Origin: Escherichia phage Av-05 | Strand: one strand, 5' to 3' | Sequence record: KM190144 | Length of the DNA stretch: 64,000 nucleotides | Shown here: positions 56,992 to 64,000 of the stretch, in pieces | How positions within the stretch are numbered: the stretch's first letter is position 1 | How the letters are laid out: each line of letters begins with the position of its first letter | Notes under the pieces: model-generated | The model's database searches: none | Told to the model about the DNA's origin: nothing | The model's input: only the letters and a program-made list of their open reading frames with translations | Position numbers and translations under genes: made by a program

Positions 56992-58004
56992 CAGTCCTCC
57001 TTAGATTCTTGTAGATAAATCTCTTCAAGAATTTTACCCTGTACACCAATGACAATAATATCTGGCGCACCTGCTGGTTTTGGTGTTCCTGTCAGAACTT
57101 CATAACGACAGCAACGGCATTTTTTCTGGTTATAGTCATAAGGGACACTGACAATATCTGCCGGATCCACAGATACTTCTACAAGTACCCTTGAAGTCTT
57201 CTCAAAGGTAGTGGCATAGTCAATAGATGCAACATGCAAACCTTGGCTACATGTTCTATTGGGATTATCCTCAACCATATTACGTGGCATGGAAATAACT
57301 TGCCCTTTATAATTAGGAACTTTACCTGTATGACAATCTCGTGGGCCATCTACAGTTATCTTAATTTTCTTGTATGCCTTAATATTTCCGTTTTCAAGGA
57401 TCTCAAGATCATTATGTTTTACAAAATCATAAAGCATTTTAACAGAAGCATACGACGGGTTGTGTAGCAACTTCTGCATGAATTTGACATATCGTTCGTC
57501 AAAGCAATCATTCTCAATATCTTTAATGATTCGTTTAGCAATACTGCTTTCCTGTTTTTGCCCGTGCCAATACAAAACACCATCTATCAATACTAAATTA
57601 TCACCAAAATCAATGGTCTTTTTCTTTTCTGCTTCTTTCTCTTCTAAAATACGTTGTACAGCAGCATCTATTCCTCCTGTCCAAAGGATAACACCAACTT
57701 CTTTGAAGATGGGGCTGCTACTATTTAGAGTATATTGTTCACCATTTAACAAAGTGATATGAATATTGTCTTGGGTAACAAGGACAATTGGTTGTGCAAG
57801 AGAATGCACTGGCTTCATAATACCTACAGGATCTTCCTTGGCCTTTTTGGTTGTCGGCATTCCTTTTTTGGGTGCAACTGTCCAGCGTTTAAGAACATTT
57901 AGACCACGATCAACAACCATCATATTATTTTTCTTAGCGTATTCACGAGCTTCACGACGTGACATGAATAAAGGATTACTCACCTTTTCCTCCTTTGCTG
58001 TCAA
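56991..58004 (-). CDS. rIIB: rIIB-like protein
   Basis: Immediately downstream of rIIA-like gene; C-terminal MPRNMVEDNPNRTCSQGLHV...DPADIVSVPYDYNQKKCRCCRYEV resembles rIIB conserved C-terminus as recalled. Confidence 0.45.
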   Translation of the reverse strand: MTAKEEKVSNPLFMSRREAREYAKKNNMMVVDRGLNVLKRWTVAPKKGMPTTKKAKEDPVGIMKPVHSLAQPIVLVTQDNIHITLLNGEQYTLNSSSPIFKEVGVILWTGGIDAAVQRILEEKEAEKKKTIDFGDNLVLIDGVLYWHGQKQESSIAKRIIKDIENDCFDERYVKFMQKLLHNPSYASVKMLYDFVKHNDLEILENGNIKAYKKIKITVDGPRDCHTGKVPNYKGQVISMPRNMVEDNPNRTCSQGLHVASIDYATTFEKTSRVLVEVSVDPADIVSVPYDYNQKKCRCCRYEVLTGTPKPAGAPDIIVIGVQGKILEEIYLQESKED

Positions 58005-59976
58005 TAAATTTACGATACTCTAGCATCTCTGGAGTATTGAAATGCCTAATATTAATGTATTTTAACAATGGGTAGCGATCTTTCTTAATTTGTAGCAGCT
58101 TTTTACCAATTCTCTTCTTGGCCTCTATCATCCATAATGCTTTCTCACGGCTATCTTCGTAGCCAGGAACTGAACAATAACTGGGCATGTTTACCTTCAT
58201 CTCCCATTTTGGGAAACTGGCTACCATCACACCAAAATAGCTAAGCTCTTTAACAATGTTATGATACTCATGATCTTTCCCCACTTCTTGATATAAATGA
58301 TATTCAAGAAGGTTAGTTTTTGCAAGAGCATGAATATCCTCCTCAGTTATAACCCGTGCCTCATCTGGCAGCCAACTTGATCTGTTTAAAGGCACAATGT
58401 ATAACTTACCTGCCACACCAAGATGTTTAAGAAATGTTGGTGGTTGCTTTCTCCAAGTTGTTCTAAGATTGGAAACGTATCCTAACGGGCATAATCCTTT
58501 CACCTGCCCACCCCAGTAGACCATAGCCGCCTCAATATCTTCAAATTGAGCACGGGAAATACGGGTTACATCTACGGAGCCATCTTGGTTGATTATCCAA
58601 ACTTTATGACCCGGTTCGTAATAACCATAGCCACCATACTTTTTATCTGCTTTTTGCACTGGTCGTTTTTCAAGTTCAGATAACTTGAAAATCATCCCTT
58701 CAAAGAATTTATCACTGTATAAGGACAGAGCGTAATCAGCATCGGTTATAAACGATCTCTTACCGAACTTCTCTGCAAGCCAGTTACATTTAGAACGCAC
58801 ATACTTGCGATCATCATTGTAAACCAGTGGATGACCATTCATCAACTCTGCGTATGAATAACGCTCATCCTTACCACGGCGTGAGCCTTCGCCACCATAT
58901 GTTTCACAGTAATCTATGTAAGAACCATCAGTATAATTCTTGAATTTATTTGCAATAAAAGCAGCACCGTATTTTGTGGCGAAGTAACCGCCAATAAACT
59001 TCATATGATCAAGGACTGCTTTTAAAGTTGGCAGATCGCTTAATTCTTTTGTGATTTCTTCTCCGCGAAGTCGGATAGCTTTCGTCACAAAACTTTCAAG
59101 TTTATCACGGAATCCTCCGTCATTCTTTCCTTCTACTGTCCATTCTCGGCCTGGGTCTACATTACAATCCCCAATAGGGATAGATACCGTCATCATGGGC
59201 AGTTCTTTACGAGTCGAGAGATAATCAGAAAGATATGGTTGCTGACCCATGATAACAACACTATCCGCGTTTCTTGAAATGCTACTATACATCTCAAGAA
59301 CCCAGCCAGTCTCCTCATCCTCATAACGATACTGAACAGGATAAGTGCGATCTTCAATCTGAGTTTTAACAAAAGGATCGTTAATGATATATGGAAATTT
59401 AGCATAGCGAAGGCATTTTACAATAGCCAGCCGATAAGCTCCTGTTTCCCAAGTGTTTACGTTAAATTTAACCTCTACACCATTCTCCTCTGTTGTTTCA
59501 CAAGAGAATAAAGGCACAACCTCTGGGATTCCACTGTTTTTATGGACAGAGTATGTTGTTTTCACTCCATCTTTAACAGAAATAACTGTGAACATATCTG
59601 TTACTGCAAGAGGCGCTTTTGACCCAATACCTTTCGCGCCAATCAGATCATTACTGTTTCTTTTTGTGGACTCACCAATCATCATGAATGTACGTGTTAC
59701 CATCTCATGATCCATACCTAACCCTGTATCCTTAACAGAATACCAAGGTTCCAAGTCTGTTGGTGAGTGGATGATGATGGGTTTGTCAGAACACCCTGCC
59801 TCTGTGTGAGCATCTACAGCGTTGAAGAGAGGCTCTCGTACTGCTGCTAAAGGTTTATCTTTATAAATTCCATCGATAAGAATACTGAAAGTCTCAGGAT
59901 TCATTGCAATTGATGCTTGGTATCTTTCTACGTTCCCAGTTACCTGAACTTTGTTGTCAGATCTTTGAATAATCAT
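57976..59976 (-). CDS. rIIA: rIIA-like protein (N-terminal GHKL ATPase-like domain)
   Basis: N-box AVREPLFNAVDAH, G1 VKDTGLGM, G2 GAKGIGSKA. Confidence 0.55.
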   Translation of the reverse strand: MIIQRSDNKVQVTGNVERYQASIAMNPETFSILIDGIYKDKPLAAVREPLFNAVDAHTEAGCSDKPIIIHSPTDLEPWYSVKDTGLGMDHEMVTRTFMMIGESTKRNSNDLIGAKGIGSKAPLAVTDMFTVISVKDGVKTTYSVHKNSGIPEVVPLFSCETTEENGVEVKFNVNTWETGAYRLAIVKCLRYAKFPYIINDPFVKTQIEDRTYPVQYRYEDEETGWVLEMYSSISRNADSVVIMGQQPYLSDYLSTRKELPMMTVSIPIGDCNVDPGREWTVEGKNDGGFRDKLESFVTKAIRLRGEEITKELSDLPTLKAVLDHMKFIGGYFATKYGAAFIANKFKNYTDGSYIDYCETYGGEGSRRGKDERYSYAELMNGHPLVYNDDRKYVRSKCNWLAEKFGKRSFITDADYALSLYSDKFFEGMIFKLSELEKRPVQKADKKYGGYGYYEPGHKVWIINQDGSVDVTRISRAQFEDIEAAMVYWGGQVKGLCPLGYVSNLRTTWRKQPPTFLKHLGVAGKLYIVPLNRSSWLPDEARVITEEDIHALAKTNLLEYHLYQEVGKDHEYHNIVKELSYFGVMVASFPKWEMKVNMPSYCSVPGYEDSREKALWMIEAKKRIGKKLLQIKKDRYPLLKYINIRHFNTPEMLEYRKFIDSKGGKGE

Positions 59977-59996
59977 TCAATACCTCTATGAACTAA

Positions 59997-60515
59997 TTAT
60001 GCGTCAGGATGCTTGTAAAAAATATGATTCCCAACCTTCACTGTTCTCACCATAACTTTTGTCCAAGATGGTCTAACAGTAGTTGCATGATAGTACGTTG
60101 CTGATTTTGTGTAGTCAAGAGCTTTGTATAAACTTTTGTGGTCTTTATGCAATCTCATCAAGATTTTAGCATAAAATTTAGCCCTCAACCATCTATCCTT
60201 TTCATAAACTTTAAAGGATTGCCCACCGAATGTCCAAGAGAATTGCCCTCGCTGATAAACTACTTTCTTGATAGTACGAGGGAAATTTTTGTCATCCTTT
60301 CTGTTCAGCGTGGCAAACGCGACACCCATCATTCCATAATCGCCTTCACCTCTTCCTTCTTTATACATATTACAGGCAAGAATATTAAGCTCTGTATCAT
60401 TCTTCTTGCAAATGTGAAGAACTCTGGGCTTCTTTGCACTTTCTTTGGCTAGAACAGGAGTAATAGACAGAGAAAGTGCACAGCAAACTGCAAATAATAA
60501 AGATCTTATTTTCAA
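59997..60515 (-). CDS. SleB-like cell wall hydrolase (Hydrolase_2 family) with signal peptide
   Basis: LACNMYKEGRGEGDYGMMGVAFATLNR and YQRGQFSW motifs; probable TTG start at 60515 with GGAG RBS gives MKIRSLLFAVCCALSLSITPVLA signal peptide; track ATG 60542 lies in a hairpin. Confidence 0.5.
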   Translation of the reverse strand: MKIRSLLFAVCCALSLSITPVLAKESAKKPRVLHICKKNDTELNILACNMYKEGRGEGDYGMMGVAFATLNRKDDKNFPRTIKKVVYQRGQFSWTFGGQSFKVYEKDRWLRAKFYAKILMRLHKDHKSLYKALDYTKSATYYHATTVRPSWTKVMVRTVKVGNHIFYKHPDA

Positions 60516-60534
60516 AACTAACTCCAGACAAATA

Positions 60535-60551
60535 AGCCCCATGAAGGGGCT
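60535..60551 (-). terminator. Terminator-like hairpin after 60557-60901
   Basis: Minus strand AAGCCCC-TTCAT-GGGGCTT then ATTTGT; weak U-tract. Confidence 0.35.
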
Positions 60552-60556
60552 TCTTG

Positions 60557-60901
60557 TTAACGATGGGTAATATCTCCAGATATTGTGTTCACACTACCAT
60601 GGATCGTATTTGCGCAAACATCACCAGACACCGAAGACACATTGCCTAAAATATCTTTTTCAACATTAATATCCCCAGATGTTGAGATCACACCATTAGA
60701 GACATTTCCATAAACATTGATACCACCTGATGTTGTGCGTACCTCTTTAGCATCACCTTTGATAATAACTGTGATGTTTTTATCGTTTGTGGTGTGAACT
60801 AAATCACCATTGATATATACATTATCACCCTTAGTAGTGATAGAGATACTACCATTGGTATAGTTTCCAGAAATTGTATTGCCGTTAATTGTAATCATTG
60901 T
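60557..60901 (-). CDS. Beta-helical repeat protein (bactofilin-like repeats)
   Basis: Repeats of G(N/D)xxVxGxV/I (ITINGNTISGNYTNGSISITTKGDNVYINGD...); start taken at MITINGN. Confidence 0.35.
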   Translation of the reverse strand, partial: TMITINGNTISGNYTNGSISITTKGDNVYINGDLVHTTNDKNITVIIKGDAKEVRTTSGGINVYGNVSNGVISTSGDINVEKDILGNVSSVSGDVCANTIHGSVNTISGDITHR

Positions 60902-61070
60902 TTTGTTTCTCTTTAACAATATGTGCTTTCTGAACAGAGTATACAAATGTTTTATTGTCTTCAATAAACTCTCTGCCCTGTTCTTCATTCTCAAAAATAA
61001 TTGTGTCACACTTTGCCTTTAACATACCACGTTCTACAGTTGTGTGTGTCGTAGAAACAATTAAAGCCAT
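60885..61070 (-). CDS. Small hypothetical protein
   Basis: ORF in track, 61 aa. Confidence 0.35.
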   Translation of the reverse strand: MALIVSTTHTTVERGMLKAKCDTIIFENEEQGREFIEDNKTFVYSVQKAHIVKEKQNNDYN

Positions 61071-62110
61071 TAAGACACCTCGTTAAGTTGTTCCATGTAC
61101 CAGCTACGGGCTTTATTTGTTGTAAATTTTGCCACGTCTTTCATAGAAAGAGAATTGGCTTCTAGCACATCAGCTTCTTCTTTGTTGATATCTCGGTTAA
61201 CCCATGCGATAAATGCCCCCAGAGATGCGATGTCCAATCCAATCTCTTGCAAACCTTGTTGCAAGCGGTTCTCGGTGACTGCATACTCCACAAAATCTTT
61301 GATAGATTGCAGTTTCACAGGATCAACAAAGGCTAGGGTTTTCACTTTAGAGACAGAATGTTTTTGCCCTTTCACTTTAAACCAAAGTGCAGAAACATGT
61401 GCCAAGTGGCGATCTTTAGGTGTCCATACCACACCCTCACCAACACCAGATACACCAAAATATTTACCTACTGGGCACTCTTTTTCCACACCTTCGGTGA
61501 TCTGTGCAATTTCTGATTGCACTGTCTCTGGCATGTTAAAAGGAATATCCAGTTCCCACTTACCAAAAGTTAAAATATTATAAATGCGTTGTTCTGGTAA
61601 TCCAATGCCAAGAATATCGTCTAAAGCTAACCATTTTCGATGGTCATTCTCTTTTCCTACTGCCACACGGAAAATAGTAAAGAAAGGCATGATTTCAGAT
61701 ACCGCAACACCTTTCTGGATACCTTTTCCTGAAAATTCTCCAGCAATTTCTACTGGGAACTTAAATTCAATACCCCGATCTTCGCAGAGTTGCTTAACTT
61801 GCTCCAACAGGAGCTTATGGTCCTTTTCAACCATAAAGGCCATAAACCCATAATTGTCTTCTTCCAAAGACAAAACGCGTTCTTTGGACTGGTATACAAC
61901 CTCATCTTCAGAATTAAAGACTACACGGCAATTAGTCCCGTGAATTTTAACTGTTCCCACATAAGGAATGAGATATTGGTCTGGAGAGGCAACCTTACGC
62001 TTTATATTGCCATTCTCATCACGACCATCATAGGTTAAACGATCATGAATCGCTCGGATAACATTGCGAAATTGGCTAGTGCTTGGATACTTAGTTACTT
62101 GCATTATCAT
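61070..62110 (-). CDS. RNA ligase (T4 Rnl2-like)
   Basis: Motif I KIHGTN, motif III-like GEFSGKGIQKGV, motif IV EGVVW, motif V WFKVKG. Confidence 0.6.
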   Translation of the reverse strand: MIMQVTKYPSTSQFRNVIRAIHDRLTYDGRDENGNIKRKVASPDQYLIPYVGTVKIHGTNCRVVFNSEDEVVYQSKERVLSLEEDNYGFMAFMVEKDHKLLLEQVKQLCEDRGIEFKFPVEIAGEFSGKGIQKGVAVSEIMPFFTIFRVAVGKENDHRKWLALDDILGIGLPEQRIYNILTFGKWELDIPFNMPETVQSEIAQITEGVEKECPVGKYFGVSGVGEGVVWTPKDRHLAHVSALWFKVKGQKHSVSKVKTLAFVDPVKLQSIKDFVEYAVTENRLQQGLQEIGLDIASLGAFIAWVNRDINKEEADVLEANSLSMKDVAKFTTNKARSWYMEQLNEVS

Positions 62111-62477
62111 CTTCCTTATTAATAAAAGTCACACCAAGAGTTGCCTGGGCAAGAAGTTTCGTGATCTCCTGGCTCCATACAGGACTGGAGATAAAATGTT
62201 GTAATTGGAGGCTACCTAAGCGATAGGCACTGTTCATCGTAATAGCATAGATTTCTCCATCGTGCAGGATCAGACTTTCGACAACAGAAGTCCTGATATT
62301 AGAACCACTAAATCCACGCTTTTTGAGGTCATCTGCTAAGTATCCACAAATGCATCGAACATCTTTTGTATAACCAAAACCGAAATAGGGTTCAGCACCG
62401 AACAGGATACCAGCGTATCTCTTCCCACAGACATAGGTATCTTTAGATATGCCTGTTACAGATTTACTTTCCATCAT
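62091..62477 (-). CDS. Hypothetical protein
   Basis: ORF in track, 128 aa. Confidence 0.4.
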   Translation of the reverse strand: MMESKSVTGISKDTYVCGKRYAGILFGAEPYFGFGYTKDVRCICGYLADDLKKRGFSGSNIRTSVVESLILHDGEIYAITMNSAYRLGSLQLQHFISSPVWSQEITKLLAQATLGVTFINKEDDNASN

Positions 62478-62677
62478 TGGCCCTCCACATCGTCAATATC
62501 TTCCATACCATCTTGCCACAGAACTTCATAGCAAGCGTCATAAATTGCGCTCATAGCATCTTTACGATCTAACACATCTACAATTTTTGGATCAATACTT
62601 TTAATTGCTTCCGCAATTTTATCGTAAGCAATATCAGGATGCATGTTCTTTTTTGCCATCTGGGATCTCCTCTTCAT
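62474..62677 (-). CDS. Small acidic hypothetical protein
   Basis: ORF in track, 67 aa. Confidence 0.35.
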   Translation of the reverse strand: MKRRSQMAKKNMHPDIAYDKIAEAIKSIDPKIVDVLDRKDAMSAIYDACYEVLWQDGMEDIDDVEGQ

Positions 62678-63242
62678 TTAAGACATAAATTGTCACATCA
62701 CAATCATGGAGAACAGATTCTATCATAGTTTCTATGATTTTCCAATCCCCACCTGCTAGTCCAGCACCTATTTTTGGCAGCCCGATCTTATAATCAGACA
62801 TAAAACCATCTGTGTGCCTTTGCAAACAATCTCGCATTGCTGCTAAGGAATCGTAAAGGGCGTTATAATTCAGATCCCTCACACCCATTCTACGCCCATT
62901 ATAACCGTATTGTGTGTACAGATTAAAACCAGCCAGTTTACCTTCGTTCATGACAACCCAAGTATAACTGCCCAGTTTTGTTCGATCACCTTTCTCTGTC
63001 TTTAAATCTTCAGCATACATTTTTGGGAATGCATTCTTTATTTCTTTAGCAATTCCAGACCCCATGGTGCAAAATGTATTACAACCATGAGCTATTACAT
63101 TAACATCCCTTTTAAGTGCTGCCTCTATTAAGCAACCAACTTTATACTTAAGCATTGTCTGATACCTCTTCGCATTCGTATGGATAGATATCCAGTCTTT
63201 TCCCATTCCATTCGCAAGAGTAACACTCAAGAAAACTACCAT
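62634..63242 (-). CDS. Macro-domain-like protein (ADP-ribose binding/processing fold)
   Basis: VNVIAHGCNTFCTMGSGIAKEI and KIGLPKIGAGLAGGDW resemble the two glycine-rich macro domain loops. Confidence 0.45.
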   Translation of the reverse strand: MVVFLSVTLANGMGKDWISIHTNAKRYQTMLKYKVGCLIEAALKRDVNVIAHGCNTFCTMGSGIAKEIKNAFPKMYAEDLKTEKGDRTKLGSYTWVVMNEGKLAGFNLYTQYGYNGRRMGVRDLNYNALYDSLAAMRDCLQRHTDGFMSDYKIGLPKIGAGLAGGDWKIIETMIESVLHDCDVTIYVLNEEEIPDGKKEHAS

Positions 63243-63330
63243 TAAATATTTCTTCTCTTACTTCAAGAATATCTCCTGTTTTTGGATATCCATCAACATC
63301 CGAAAAATCAGAAATCATTTTAACCTTCAT
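63148..63330 (-). CDS. Small hypothetical protein
   Basis: ORF in track; GAAAGGAG RBS. Confidence 0.4.
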   Translation of the reverse strand: MKVKMISDFSDVDGYPKTGDILEVREEIFNGSFLECYSCEWNGKRLDIYPYECEEVSDNA

Positions 63331-63502
63331 TCACAACTCCTTTCAAGGAAGGCATTCATACTTTCCAATGCCTCGCTTTTATTTTTAGCACAAACAACAA
63401 ACACACGCTTATTTTTATAGGTGTATCCTGCCATGACCATATCGGATCTTTCAATCCACCATTTCTCATGTAGCTGGTCTTTCTTAAATTTATGTTTTGC
63501 CA
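63327..63502 (-). CDS. Small hypothetical protein (58 aa, below track cutoff)
   Basis: ATG at 63502 to TGA at 63327 (MAKHKFKKDQ...); stop overlaps next start (ATGA). Confidence 0.3.
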
Positions 63503-63919
63503 TCAACGATTATACCATACCACATGTGTGGCCCAGTCTGGTTTTTTATCCCATACTGAAACGTCAGATTCATAGCTATCGTTAGGACACCAGTATCCGT
63601 TCCCATCTTCAGGGCTGAAAATCGCAGCTAGGACACCAAAATTCCAATCATCAAGATCCATCACCTTAGCCCCAGCGGTCTTAAAATTAGCCTCTGTTTT
63701 AAGATGATCTTTCAGAAAATCACTGATAGATGGAATTGGCATGTAAGCAATAACAGGTTCAAAATCAAAGTAGAAAGACCCATTGATGACATGAATAATA
63801 CAGTTATTGCCTTGATAGGATTCACAAATGCCAATCTTACCATCTGCCAAGACGACAAGCCATCTACCAACATCAAGATCTTCAACACCATTGGGAGTTT
63901 TTATCCACACATCATTCAT
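63503..63919 (-). CDS. Hypothetical protein
   Basis: ORF in track, 138 aa. Confidence 0.4.
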   Translation of the reverse strand: MNDVWIKTPNGVEDLDVGRWLVVLADGKIGICESYQGNNCIIHVINGSFYFDFEPVIAYMPIPSISDFLKDHLKTEANFKTAGAKVMDLDDWNFGVLAAIFSPEDGNGYWCPNDSYESDVSVWDKKPDWATHVVWYNR

Positions 63920-64000
63920 TTAGGTATTCCTAGGAAAAGCAGCCATTAGGCTGCTGCTATTAATTTAAAATTGCATCTACATCTTTTGCAAAGTTCTTGT

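Noticed and set aside
1-64000. tRNA genes, CRISPR arrays, integrase or repressor
   Set aside because: No tRNA-like T-arm or acceptor sequences found in intergenic regions by eye, no spaced direct repeats, and no recombinase or CI-like ORF; absence is provisional without tRNAscan-type tools.

Overview
This window reads as part of a large virulent tailed dsDNA phage (contractile-tail/myovirus-like) with enterobacterial-type sigma70 promoter and Shine-Dalgarno signals. No integrase, repressor, tRNA or CRISPR array was seen. Three blocks: (1) 1-9728, minus-strand auxiliary genes: HigA-like HTH fusion protein, Pol-beta-superfamily nucleotidyltransferase, PTH2-like protein, CCA-adding enzyme, Dam-like MTase, ClpP-like peptidase, several membrane proteins. 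(2) 9763-36043, plus-strand tail module: several tail fibre genes sharing an anchor motif, sheath, tube, chaperones, tape measure, baseplate hub/spike/gp25-like/J-like, a Calx-beta protein, an esterase-domain fibre, with one inverted secreted/lipoprotein gene (13844-14248) flanked by divergent near-consensus sigma70 promoters. (3) 36097-63919, minus-strand replication and early genes: SSB-like protein with DIPF tail, about 20 small ORFs, a family A DNA polymerase split into three exons by two group-I-intron-like insertions each encoding an HNH endonuclease, a free-standing HNH, primase-helicase, C5-MTase-like protein, Dda-like helicase, rIIA/rIIB-like pair, SleB-like wall hydrolase, Rnl2-like RNA ligase and a macro-domain protein. 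Three genes (Dam-like MTase, one tail fibre, baseplate J) are broken by +1 frame shifts at A/T homopolymers, which suggests homopolymer indel errors or real frameshift alleles. All functional calls are from motif recognition by eye; no database search was run. The most interesting candidates are the intron-split polymerase, the dispersed RNA/tRNA-maintenance enzymes, the HigA-like fusion and the fibre-adjacent secreted protein. ORF starts follow the supplied track unless an RBS-supported start is noted; the track reports GTG/TTG starts as M.
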